From: Octopus bimaculoides
Taxonomy: Eukaryota
Direction of reading: 5' to 3'
DNA: 64,000 nucleotides
NCBI RefSeq assembly: GCF_001194135.2
Contig: NC_069000.1
Location: 33,708,032-33,772,031, forward strand
Positions within the stretch are counted from its first letter, which is position 1; each line of letters begins with the position of its first letter. Under the pieces are notes generated by a model. The model was not told the DNA's origin, did not search any database, and worked only from the letters and a program-made list of their open reading frames with translations. Position numbers and translations under genes: made by a program. Shown piece by piece: positions 24,401-36,418 of the stretch.

Positions 24401-27400
24401 AGGCTTCATGGTGGTAAATAAACCACCATTATTATTTGTAATTTTGACTTTTGACTGAAAGGCGAGTTGAGTTTACTCAAGGCGCTAGGTGAGAGTCACT
24501 CAGGAACATTAATAAAATTGCGAAAACACTATGCCTGGACGCTGAGGAAGCTGGCCTCTTTAAGATAAAGTGCTTCTCATTAAGATAAAGTGCTTCTTGT
24601 GGCTATGAGTTGTTTTAACACTTATTTCTAGCAATACTGGTGCTGACTAGTACTCTTAGTCACTTCAGGGACGTAATACGCACGCGCACGCACACACACA
24701 CACACACACACATATTTGTATGTATGTATACATATTGTATATATATCCCCAAATAAGATCATTCTAAATACACTATCCCTCTCATTCAATTGAGAGAAAT
24801 TTATACACACGATACCCGTAGAATAGCCTCATTAGCTCGTAATCAGCAAGTTCATGAAGGAACTTTTACATTGCCACTTAGACCTTGTACCAAAATTTGA
24901 AACTATTCTTATACTGTGAAAGTTATAAATAATATGCCATTTGTTTCAGCCGTAAATCTTTTATATGAGCGAGTAGATTTTAGCTAATCACCTAAACTGT
25001 TCTAATTAACAAGTTTCAATTTTAAAAAAACCTCAAAAGCAAAGAAAAAATATCAACAACGATAAGACTCCTTTCAATCTTAAAATGAGGAGACTTCATA
25101 GTTTCAGTCTTAAATTTTAATAAATATGATTGCTTGAAAAATGTCAGACTATTGAACTGTAAACTGAATAAGAGGATTAAATAAAATAAATAAATCTATG
25201 AATAATTAAATAAATAAAACACAGAAAATAGATTATTCAAATTGGTCTTGTCTGCATCCCCCCCCCCACTTGTTATACATGTCACACTTCTTCCCAAGCA
25301 CACATGTGTCTATTCTGTCATTCAAAAGTCTTCTTTTTCATTCACATCTGTCCTTTTTGTTTCAGGTTATTTAGCATCAATTTCTATATGACGACAACTA
25401 AATCTCCTTACGCAATAAAGATTATTACGTAGACATAACTCCACGCACCTTCTCTTTCCATTTATAATTTATCACTTTCTTGGTTTTATTCTAAAGGGGC
25501 GAATAGTTTCTAATGTGAGGGGATACAGTTCAGAATGGGAAAATATGGCGCAGCTGTTTGTACGCTGACGATTAGGCACGGATGACTGGATATTCACTAT
25601 GGTTTGACAGAGAGTACTTCTTGTCACAGGAAACACACACATACACACACGCACAAACAAACGCTCACATATATATGCGCGTGCGCGTGTGTGTAGAATG
25701 ATTCACATACAGATAGTAATGATGAAAGAGAAAAAAGAAAGAGGAGGTGAGAAGGGAAGAGAGAGAAACTTAAGAATTTATTGATTAAACATTATTCGTA
25801 TAAACATTTTTCCCTCTCCTCATTCACATAGAGAAATATAATTAGACACATAAACCGAGAGAGGGGGGAAATAGAGAGAACGAGAGAAACATTTAAATGT
25901 CTGACATCAAGTAAGTTAGCGTCGAATAAGTGACACCAAATAGGCAGCGCCGTAACGTCCCATAGCTAATACAGTTGTATTATATTTGTACTTTTCTCCT
26001 GACGTTATCAATATAATTATTTTTATTGTTATTTTATTCTAAAACTATAAATATTATCATTGGCTTTGAGAAAAAGCAGGAAATTGAAAACATATTGGGG
26101 AGAAATTCGGAAACATTTGTCGCTCTGCTGCACAGGAGGGAAATTATGTGCGGTTCAACCAATTATGTGGTAAAGGTAACTGTTATGTATCTTTATATAT
26201 TTATTCCATAAATATTTATATTTTATTGATTTGGTTTACTTGTATTTTTTTATTTTTGCAATCTTTTCTTCATTTAACATCTCGTCTTTCATCCATCCAT
26301 TTCTCTGTTCGTCTGTCCGTCCGGCTGCGCTGGTAAAAAGTTTGCTGCCCGACTGCATGGGTTTAGGTTCAGTCCCACAGCGCAGCACTTGGGATAAGGG
26401 TCTTCTACCAAGGATCTAGAACCCACCAGGTCTTCCAAAGACTTAGTAGATGGAAACTGACAAGCAGTTGCTTGTTGTGTAGCATTCATTTTGCTGTTTG
26501 TTCAAATTCATTCTACTGTACAAGTCTGGAAATGCCACAATAATGCAACCAACGATAAAATCGTAAAAGTTCTTCAGAAAATAAGCGGAAATCTTACTAT
26601 TTGGGGAGAAAAATCAATGGATCACATGTCTTTAAACAAAACATCACTGAGGACGAAAATAAGTCAACTAACAATGAAGAGTCAGTATCAATTTACAAAG
26701 ACTAAGTAATGTATTGGAGAAAAAATAACCTTCAGGATGGAGACGGATTCTTCAAATAGCAAAAGAAGTAATAACTTCCCTGATTGAATATATTCAATCA
26801 AATACAAAATGGGACACTTCTGGAAGAAGCAGCTAATGACTAGGAAGTTCGTCTGTTGGAACATGGTAAAAAACAACAAAGCTGACATTTATGAAAAATG
26901 GATGAACATCTAAGTAGATTTTCCTCATAAGTTACAAATAAAAAATATAACTGGAGAACCAGAACAACAACGAAGACTACAGGTGCAAATGTCTTTAATG
27001 AAAATGTATAAGGAAATACAACCTCTTAAATAAAAAGATGAGATTATGAAAACCACTAGGAAAAAATTGATCAACAAATGGAAGAAGAGTGTACCAAAAA
27101 CGCCGAATGTTTGACTTACAAAATATTTTGAAACTTTGGAACGATAAGAAAAATAATTGTGAAATGGTGGAACTCGTGTCCCTCCAATGATGGGCGAGAA
27201 ATGATAATTGGCTCCTACATATTAATGGGGAGTTTAAGAACTCTGGTAGAACAATCATACATAAGCTCAATATATCAAAAGACGAAATTTGACCATATAG
27301 AAAAATCCAGAAAGAATAGGAATGGAAAAGTCACACCAAAAGCCATAACACTAACAATTTATTTCTCCAACAAATTAAATCTCCTGGAACCTGCAAGGAA

Positions 27401-30208
27401 TAATCACGGAACAGGAATCATCTGAATCCTTGAAGGTATATAACTTATGAAATGAAATCCTAGATGAACCCCAAAACATGAAATACAAAATATAAAATTT
27501 TTTAACAGGAAGATTCGTACCAGTTATTACTTTGGACAAATATTTGCTATGAAACATGGGATAGATTCGGTAAATCAATTCAAAATAGGTGAGCAAAAGA
27601 AAATCCTTTTTTAAATTTTTTTTTGTTCATTCGTTTTTCTTGGTATAGTGTTTACAGCCCACAATTCAAGATATTAATTTCCCTAAGCCTCACGCATCCA
27701 CTGGAACAGGTAAGTTGTGACGTGGCAGCACCTAACTGGGAGCTGCCCAGCTTGAGGCGGACGGTAACTGTCCAGTGAGGCTCAGTGGCCTCCCCCTCCA
27801 TCGAAAGTAGCCCCTGGCGCCTTGCTCTTACGTCAATTATGTGCAGGATTAAAACCGGTAGACTACTGGTTTCCGTGTTTTAACACTGCGGTTAGACGGA
27901 CCTGAGCAGTTTTTCCATGGGAGATCGGCAGTCGCCCATGCAACACGTCTTCCCTCTCCACCGCCACCAATGTTACCCAAGGGAAAAGCTGGGAACCAGT
28001 ACGACTTGGCACAATTGGAGCCACAGGAGTTGCCAGAACGAGGTTGTCTACAGTATCGAACTGCTTTGGGGACTCCGGCTCCGGTTTATTTTAGATCCCT
28101 CTGCTGTAGAATTAAGCAGCCATCTAGATATTTTTTCCAGTTTTCTCTTAGATATGCGTAGGATGTTTCTCCAAATATATTTGTAGGTTCTTCAAATATT
28201 ATCTATGTTGACGTATGTAGGAGCGTTCTGGTTCCCATCGCACTCCTTCAAATTTGACGGAACGTTGAATCATCAAAGTGAGGTACAAGTGAAAATCTCC
28301 GAAAATCCACCCTCCCAGGAATGATAAATAATATCACAGAGCTCAGCCTAGAACTTAGACAAACCGGACAATTTCTGACAGTGACGATGAATCACTAGTA
28401 AAGAATAAAAGCAAACTCTGTCCGAAAAAAGGAAAGAGTAAAACCATTGATACTTCCCGTAAATTCATTACGATTAAAGAAGACGGTGTTGTTCTCATGA
28501 ATACAAAATATTACAAAGAAGTGATACTTGAGATCTTGGGAAATGATAACTAGTATTAAAAACATCATACAACAATAAACAATTGACGGTAATGCGAAAT
28601 CTATTCACTTCATTAAATAAATAGCGTAAATGTTTGACACTTAAAGTATTTGATTGAATAAGCATTTTCAGGGGAAAGCTAGTAATTTCTATGTTCTACT
28701 CCAAATTCACAAACATAAAGCTATATGTGACGCTTGTAAAAGCTCTAAATTCAAGAATAGCAAAATATCAGCTCCAAACGATTTGAAGCTCAGATCAAAC
28801 GACTCTTTCGCGATATTACTAAAACTTTGCTGAACGCACATACAGTAATTTATCTGGAGCTACTTATTTAATTATCAAACACGATGAGTCAGAATACAAT
28901 TATACTTTCTTTTGATGTTATTAATCTATACAACAGGGTTACCCATTATTATGAAACCACTACATTAAACATATTGTTTAGATCCATACCCTGTTCATTT
29001 ACCAGACCGCATTGCAAAAGCAATTTATTACGGAATGTTTCAGTCTCGTACTACCAAATAATTACTTCCCATCTGATGATTCAACGTACCGTCAAATTTG
29101 AAGGACAGCGATGGGAACAAAAGTTGCTCCTACATATGCCAACCTAGATAATATTCGAAGAATCTACGAATAAGTTTGGAGACACATTCTGCACATATAT
29201 AACAAAATAACTGGAAAAGATATCTAGATGACTGCTTAATTCCATAACAGAGGGATCTAAATTAACAAATAAAATTTAAGAACTAAACAAATAATATTAA
29301 CGAGAATAATCAGTTTTCGATGGAATTTAATCGGAAAGAATTACCATTTCTATACATTTTAATCATGTATAAAGATAAGTATATGTAGTAAGTATATCAT
29401 GTCATAGTGATTAGTAGAAGGATACGCTTAAGTAGAAACATATTCATTAGAAAGCCATGGATTGCAAACAAGACCTATTCACACCATGAGATCCTACACA
29501 TAGAGAAGGATATATTCTCATCAAGTTAGCAAAGTGATTCACACAATACTGTCAAACATTACAATACATGGTCAAAGATTGGAAGAATTAAAAAAAGAAA
29601 ACTAATGCAAAAAGCTTTGTCATTCAACATTTTTTAAATGGAATAAAAAGGGTGCAATGTTGAGATCCCTATGATTTCAAAAACAAAGAGTAAAACCCAA
29701 AATATTTTTTTAATTGTCTCTATTTTTTAAAAATTATGTCTCTACTTTTTAAGAAATAATGAAATAATGAAATATCTAACCCCTATTCAAGGTCACTTCT
29801 TTCATGTCGTAAAGAGAGAGGATGACATTTGAGAGAGAAAATGATAACAGATTCACTGAATGTACTTAGCAATTTTCGTAGAGTGTATAAACAAATATAT
29901 AGACGCATACACACATGCACACGTACACATACATACACAAAACACAGTTTCCATGAACCAGGTTCACTCACAAGGTTACCCTCGTCTTGGAACTATAGTA
30001 GAAAGCACTTCCTCAAATTTCTATGATGGGGGACCGAACCCAAAACCTGATGGATAGAAAGAAAACATCTTAACCACATAGCCATATCTGTATAGAGTTT
30101 CTGTCTGAAAAATCCACTCACAAGGCTTTGGCTGTCCCAAAGCTATAATATATAAACATACCGACAATGCTACACACACACACGCATGAACACACACCCA
30201 TACACTCA

Positions 30209-30275
<67 letters not shown>

Positions 30276-30509
30276 CCACTTGACTTTTCATTTATAGAAT
30301 TGTAAGCTTTAATATTTAATCTTATATATTTATTTCAAATGTTTAATTTTAATCTCCAGATACTTATTGGAAGTAAAGAATGTGTTCATGCAATGCTTTC
30401 TCGGATGGAAATTGAATTCAAAACTGACTTTACAGTACGAGCAGTAAAAGCCGACATGACGCGTGCTGACGACTTGAATCCTTTTAGTGATGGAAAATTG
30501 TGTAAATAA
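20879..30509 (+). CDS. Stefin gene B: highly divergent type-1 cystatin, join(20879-20962,26071-26175,30360-30509), 112 aa
   Basis: MANIIIPGLPFWTAPEPATDEVQQICND|KKQEIENILGRNSETFVALLHRREIMCGSTNYVVK|ILIGSKECVHAMLSRMEIEFKTDFTVRAVKADMTRADDLNPFSDGKLCK*. The frame is open, with GT-AG phase-0 introns. The exon 2 acceptor is a weak GAG. Flanks and introns align in reverse complement with genes A, C and D. Confidence 0.8.
21062..21460 (-). mobile_element. Duplicated Dong/R4-like LINE 3' fragments with (AAT)n tract in intron 1 of gene B
   Basis: KLSKYKNLEIEVTRM...TETIPITV; same family as 7680-8098. Confidence 0.7.
21700..22370 (-). mobile_element. Dong/R4-like LINE RT C-terminal fragment
   Basis: KKTRKMTGFRMHHPKSNRERLYIQRIEGDRGLIQLE is a post-RT motif typical of R4/Dong elements. 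Confidence 0.7.
23383..24197. mobile_element. Non-autonomous DNA transposon (MITE) with 24-bp TIR and 8-bp TSD
   Basis: Left end GGATCGTTGTGGTTATCGTCACTG versus reverse-complemented right end GGATCTTTGTGGTTTCCGTCACGG (20/24); flanks TGATTTCC / TGATTTCT. Confidence 0.65.
26071..26175 (+). CDS. Stefin B exon 2 (EIMCGS loop)
   Basis: Acceptor ggctttgag|AAA, donor AAG|gtaact; 105 nt, one codon longer than the paralogs. Confidence 0.83.
27680..28085. repeat. GC-rich interspersed-repeat-like segment, unclassified
   Basis: Abrupt GC-rich island in an AT-rich intron with no supported ORF; family not identifiable by eye. Confidence 0.35.
28400..29720 (+). mobile_element. Penelope-like element RT relic in intron 2 of gene B
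   Basis: Frameshifted motifs LSFDVINLY, TAMGTKVAPTYANL, WKRYLDDC and ELPFL. Confidence 0.75.
30360..30509 (+). CDS. Stefin B exon 3
   Basis: Acceptor ttttaatctccag|ATA; collinear with gene A exon 3 for 42 codons, then 7 extra residues to TAA. Confidence 0.83.
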   Translation: MLIGSKECVHAMLSRMEIEFKTDFTVRAVKADMTRADDLNPFSDGKLCK

Positions 30510-30536
30510 ATTCATTTCTAGAAATGTGATTTTTGG

Positions 30537-30542
30537 AATAAA
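30537..30542 (+). promoter_or_regulatory. Polyadenylation signal of stefin B
   Basis: TTTTTGGAATAAA conserved with A and C. Confidence 0.65.
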
Positions 30543-31305
30543 GAATACTTTGTAATTCTAACAAAACTGTAAAATTAATATAATAGTCGAAATATAAATA
30601 GGAAACGGTAACACTAAAGAATACATTTTATAGATCCTGATGATTTGATTTGGGATGATCGATATATGAATATTGCCAGAAAATATAGAACAGAATAAAG
30701 ATACTCACAAACTTAATCTGTTTCTTAATTTTGATTCCTGATTGTAACTACTTTTCACCCATTACTTGCACTCATTATAAGGAAGTGTTGTAGAGCAAGT
30801 TATTTACTTTACAAACTAATCCATCGCCAGGTTTTATTGTTGAATGAAGGCATTTCTCTTCAATCAGACCACTATTATTATATATCTGGACTGTTGTCTT
30901 CTTAGTTGTTATTGCCACCTATGGTCGTTGTCATCATCATTATTGATTTATATCTGGTGTTCATACTGGTATGGTTTGACTGAAACATCACGATTTAAAT
31001 CAATTTATGCTTGATATCCTAGATGCTTTGAGCTTAGTCTCTGCTGCTGGATGCCATTTCCACTAATTACATTACAGAGTCTACAGGGACAATTTTATCA
31101 TACAACAAGCACATGACAAGACTAAAGGGTCCTCTGGGTCCCATTTGCAATCTACTTATTTACCAACGATTTACAGGGTGAAGCGACAAGATGCTATCAT
31201 AGTATCAACAATAGCGGGGTTGCTTTGAACCCCTAAGATCAAAGAGTCCCCGCTACTTTGATGTGTTTGTTTGCTCAGGGCTATGTGACAAAAGAAAAAA
31301 AAATT

Positions 31306-31434
31306 CATTTAAAGCTCCTAATTTCAGGTACTAATTCGGACCATTTAAAGCTCCTAATTTCAGGTACTAATTCGGACCATTTAAAGCTCCTAATTTCAGG
31401 TACTAATTCGGACCGTTTAAAGCTCCTAATTTCA
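31306..31434. repeat. 36-bp minisatellite, about 3.6 copies
   Basis: CATTTAAAGCTCCTAATTTCAGGTACTAATTCGGAC repeated directly with no spacers. Confidence 0.95.
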
Positions 31435-31519
31435 ACAACCTAACTGTCCTATGGCACAATGGGTTAGTGAATATAAGCATTGATTAAGTGTTACATGTTT
31501 TGTGTAATAGTTTAACTAA

Positions 31520-32058
31520 ATAAGTACCGTCATACATCGAGAACAACTAAGAGAAGAATATCGCTGGGATGGACAGTACATACCGACAAAACTATAAAAG
31601 CTAATAAACCGGATATTATTATAAAAGATCATACAAAAAAAGGTGTGGTTATTAATTGACATGAGTATTCCTTGTGATCACAATATAGCGGCGAAAGAAT
31701 TTGACAAGATCGGTAAATATAAAGACTTGCTAATAGAAATTGAAAAAATGTGGCATCTCAAGACGACTACCGTACCAGTGATTGTAGGATCTCTAGGAAT
31801 GATAAAAAAAAGGTACTGAAACCTATTTGAAAACGATACCAGGCTTACTATCCCTACAGGAAGTGCAAAAAATCGTGTTAACTAGAACGACTCATGTACT
31901 GAGAAGAGCATTATCGATGTGAAAACAACATCCATTCATGAATTTATTTATTTATTAATTTTTTAAAATACATGTTTTACCTGTGAATTTGCGTGTGTAA
32001 ACTGGGAATGCATACAATGAGCTTCTCTGCCCTAGGTGTACGGAAAACACTCGGCGAG
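31520..32058 (+). mobile_element. Dong/R4-like LINE 3' end (second subfamily)
   Basis: IKANKPDIII...LIDMSIP...KYKDLLIEIEKMWHLKTTTVPVIVGSLG. Confidence 0.75.
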
Positions 32059-32929
32059 NNNNNNNNNNNNNNNNNNNNNNNNNNNNNNNNNNNNNNNNNN
32101 NNNNNNNNNNNNNNNNNNNNNNNNNNNNNNNNNNNNNNNNNNNNNNNNNNNNNNNNNNNNNNNNNNNNNNNNNNNNNNNNNNNNNNNNNNNNNNNNNNNN
32201 NNNNNNNNNNNNNNNNNNNNNNNNNNNNNNNNNNNNNNNNNNNNNNNNNNNNNNNNNNNNNNNNNNNNNNNNNNNNNNNNNNNNNNNNNNNNNNNNNNNN
32301 NNNNNNNNNNNNNNNNNNNNNNNNNNNNNNNNNNNNNNNNNNNNNNNNNNNNNNNNNNNNNNNNNNNNNNNNNNNNNNNNNNNNNNNNNNNNNNNNNNNN
32401 NNNNNNNNNNNNNNNNNNNNNNNNNNNNNNNNNNNNNNNNNNNNNNNNNNNNNNNNNNNNNNNNNNNNNNNNNNNNNNNNNNNNNNNNNNNNNNNNNNNN
32501 NNNNNNNNNNNNNNNNNNNNNNNNNNNNNNNNNNNNNNNNNNNNNNNNNNNNNNNNNNNNNNNNNNNNNNNCAAAGTACTAGGCTTACAAAAAATAAGTA
32601 TTGATTTCTTAGACTAAAAATACGTTTCATTTATTAGACTAAAACCTTTTAAGGCGGTGCTCCAGCATGACCACAGTCAAATAATTGAAACAAGTACAAG
32701 AATAGATGAATATCAAGAACGAAACAGTGGCAGTCCTTGATTATGCTGCTGGCATTCATAGAAAAGTTTTGCCTTAATAGCAAACAAAATGAAAGAGCAT
32801 AGCGTGGAAGACACATTTTAGCCATTTAAAACCGAAAAAGGTGTTACCTTCGTTTAATTATTGTAAATGTAATTTTCAAAACAATCTTTTATTTCATTGG
32901 TTCATTCTGATTGTACTCTTTAATCAAGG

Positions 32930-33320
32930 GAGACAAGCTTTGTGAAACAATACCAGTGATTGTAGGAGCACTCGGAATAATAATAAAAAATAAAAAAGAA
33001 CTGAAAATGATTTAAGAATGATCCCTGGCTTACCATCCATGCAGGAAGTGCAAAAGATGGTCTTAACTGGTACGTCACACGTATTGAGAAGAGCATTGTC
33101 GCTGTGAATTTTCTTTCCTTTTCCCCTTCATTGTATTTCTTTCTAATTTTCCTTTTTCTCTCTGTCTTCCACTTTCTCTCTATCACATCACTTTGTTAAT
33201 GAACAATCTGGTGTGTTTATTTTAATGGCCTATCAATGTTTACAGTACGTTTCTCTGCCCCAGGTGTCAGGAAGACACTCGGCATGAAATGTAAACAGAA
33301 TTGAAAGAAGATGCTAATGA

Positions 33321-33379
<59 letters not shown>

Positions 33380-33810
33380 TGTGGCGATGGACAAGAAACA
33401 ATAAATCACATTATCTCTGGCTGCCCAGTCCTGGCTAAGAAGGAATATATTCACAGAAACGACAGAGCTGGGACCTATATACACTGGAAGCTATGCCAAC
33501 ACTATGGAATAACAACAGAAAAAAGATGGTATAAACACACGCCAGAAAAGGTCACAGAAAACGNNNNNNNNNNATAATAAAAAAATATTCAAACAAATAC
33601 ATAACGAAAACACTAGGACTTACAAATATATATAACATACAGAAAATTGCACTACTGGGCACTGCACACATCCTACGCAAAACACTTTCAATACAGTAAC
33701 CATAAGAGCATCACAACAAACCACAGCACATACTCAAGGCACACAGAACTGTGATCGGTAGTGAAGTGAAAGCACGTTATAAAAATAAAACTACTGAAGA
33801 ATAATAACAA
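32930..33810 (+). mobile_element. Stacked Dong/R4-like fragments separated by (ATA)n
   Basis: 3' UTR shared with 31930-32058, then (ATA)n, then CGDGQETINHIISGCPVLAKKEYIHRND (CCHC-region motif), then a 3' UTR like 7900-8060. Confidence 0.75.
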
Positions 33811-34399
33811 CAACAGCAACAACAACAATAGCAGCTCCGGTCTAAATAACAGCATGGACGTATTCTAAGGAGTTCTCTCCACAAAAACTTAATCTGATAA
33901 CATCGGTTCAATGAAAGGAAATCTTCGCGATACAACTATGGGAAAAGTCCTGTTAAAGCAAAGGAACTAAAAAACCGGAAAGATCTTTGTTACATACAGT
34001 GTAGTTTCTTTCTTAAGTGCGTCATATCTCAATGTGACATACACAAGACGTCGAAACCAGCACCAAGAACGCTGGAAAAACACACTAATTACACAGTAAC
34101 TACGTAAATTGAATAATTACGTATACATGCAACTGCCCACGCATCCGTGTGCACATGCTAATATTTACAAACAGCATAAATAATGCCGACACGACACACA
34201 CGTACACACAGAGAAAGTAAAAGAAAACTCATGTCACGAGCGACACCGTACAAAGTAAAAACAAAGTGGCTTCCCACAAACGATTATAAAAAAGGAGCAA
34301 ATTAGTCACTCAGTTTAAAACATCCCTAAACAGTTACGCCCGGAAACATAGCTACCAAAAAGAAAAAAGAGCCTACGATATGATAAATATATATGTTCG

Positions 34400-35665
34400 A
34401 AGAAACGGTGTCATCAAAAAGTCAAGCTTGAGCAAACAGACCCGTCTCCTACCGTCACCGTCAATGCTTTAATGGCAAACCAAACCTCATGCCCGATCGG
34501 TCATCGCCCAGGACAAGGACCGCGTTACCCAGTAGGGAACAAGACTGGGGTCAAAACGTCTGCTGCTGGAACAAACTCCCAAAAGAATGAAGTACCAGGT
34601 AACCAGAACCAGGATAACCCTAATCCTAGAGCTGTAGTTTCGCCACCAAAAACACCCCCTAAAGCAAAACGCATAAAATGGACTAGCGAGGATTATAGAA
34701 ATCTGTTGAAAGCTTTCTATACAGGCCAACTAAGCCCATAACAACAACTTCATTGTACAAACATACACTTCATGGAGAAACTTAGCAGGCAACGAAATAC
34801 GCAGATATATAGACGCAAATAAATTCAGTAATGTACACAGAGACATCATTAAGAATAAAAAGTTAACTGACGCTGAAATTAGCCAAATTAGGACACAAAT
34901 ATCCCATGGTAGCAACAATGCAGATAAAATAGGTAAGAGATGCACAAAACCCAGTGTACGAGCAGTACATCTTAACGAGGAAGCTGAAGAAAGAATAACA
35001 AAGAACAGATATGCGGAAAAAGAGAACAAAGTAGACCTGCCTCAAAAGCACCAGGATGGATATGACACAGAATTTGAGGTGAATTATAAAGGGAAGATCA
35101 TAGAAGCAAAAGAAGATATGAGAGAACTCAGTAAGCCTGAGTTTACTGACATCATCAATAGAGAACCGCTACCAAAGCTCTCAAACAGCATGAAAAATAA
35201 CAACATAATCATGATATATAATATTGCTCTTGGACAGATTTTAAGAAATAAGGGAAATGGCCTAATAACCTTAAATAACCTCATTTATTCCACTACTAAA
35301 GTTTAACTGCTCAATTAGGTATCAGGACACCACAGAAAAGAACCAGCCATGCCAATAGACCTCCTAAGTGGAAAATAGCAATACAAAAACAGATCGAATT
35401 TTTTATGTATCAATTCTCGATGGATTTGTTAGAGGAGTAAATGTTGAGATGAAACAAGCTACAATAAATTAAGCAAAAATATAAAATCAAAGATTTTATA
35501 AACTTCCCTGCAACTAAGGAAATAGTGAAAAATAGAATACAACTAAAATCCCAACGGCTCAGAAGTTATGACAATCAAATTTTATCAACAAAACAAGGCA
35601 TTCAAGATGGGTGCAAAGAAATTTTATAGGGAAATTAGCAAAAGCAAGATAGAAGTAAAGGCTCT
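34400..35665 (+). mobile_element. Dong/R4-like LINE ORF N-terminal region, degraded
   Basis: KRIKWTSEDYRNLLKAFY...LNNLIYS...SQRLRSYD...KKFYREISK motifs across frameshifts and stops. Confidence 0.65.
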
Positions 35666-35985
35666 TTCTTTTGCCACACTGCTTGTCATGGTCCCATGTC
35701 TCAGCACACTACCTGTGAAGTCTTCATATTGTAATACAAACAAATAATACATTATTTTGCCTTCAGAAGTCACTTTCCCTCTCGTGTAAACACCGGCCAT
35801 GGTCTTTCATTTTGTCATGCCGCATCACTGTGCTCCTTTATTTTCAAGTGAAAAGCCATGTTGTATAAAAGAAGTGTTTAAAATTCATTTCTGTACAAAG
35901 CAAAAGTCCAACTGGTCGATAACTCTCCGCTCGAATGCAAACAAGTATTAGATTATTTTCTAGGCATGCAAATTGATATTTGTAG

Positions 35986-36418
35986 TGTAGTGGCGCGAAA
36001 TTATAGCCGCCATTGAGGAAGTACTATTCTGCGCATGCGCAAGGGACTTCACCACTGGAAGCCCCTCGCGTGCGTATGCGTAGTAAAACTGGTACTTAAA
36101 CAGAGAGTTTCACTTTCTCAGCAAATTGCGCGACTGACCTTCTACGTGACAACTCCTCGCTCCTCAACGAAGCACTCTTCACCCCGATGCCTTCGATGGT
36201 GATAGCTACTTGCTTCTCTGGCAGGCATCCAATACCAAATTACGACTTAATCAGCGGCTGCTAAGCTGAATGACAGAAATTGTGAAACCAAGCATCATCA
36301 AAATAAAACTTATTTTTATAATGTTGTTAATTGTTCTACTGTTCCTTAACATATATTTATGTTGAAAGGTGATAGAGAGAGACTAAAGTCTCTATGACAA
36401 CTATCTCCGACATTTACA
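35986..36418 (+). mobile_element. Solo LTR (433 bp)
   Basis: Starts TGTA and ends TACA; 4-bp direct repeat GTAG at 35982-35985 and 36419-36422; AATAAA near 36302. Confidence 0.7.

Noticed and set aside
27960-28085. Possible HDV-like ribozyme on the minus strand (CCTCG...TGGCAAC)
   Set aside because: Only 3 nt separate the L3-like CCTCG from TGGCAAC, too few for the P3 and P1 3' strands.
28160-28250. IFVGSSNIIYVDVCRS as a candidate exon 3 for gene B
   Set aside because: There is no acceptor in the right phase, and the true exon 3 with homologous flanks is at 30360-30509.
31306-31434. 36-bp repeat of CRISPR-like length
   Set aside because: The units are directly adjacent with no spacers, there are no cas genes and the context is eukaryotic; it is a minisatellite.
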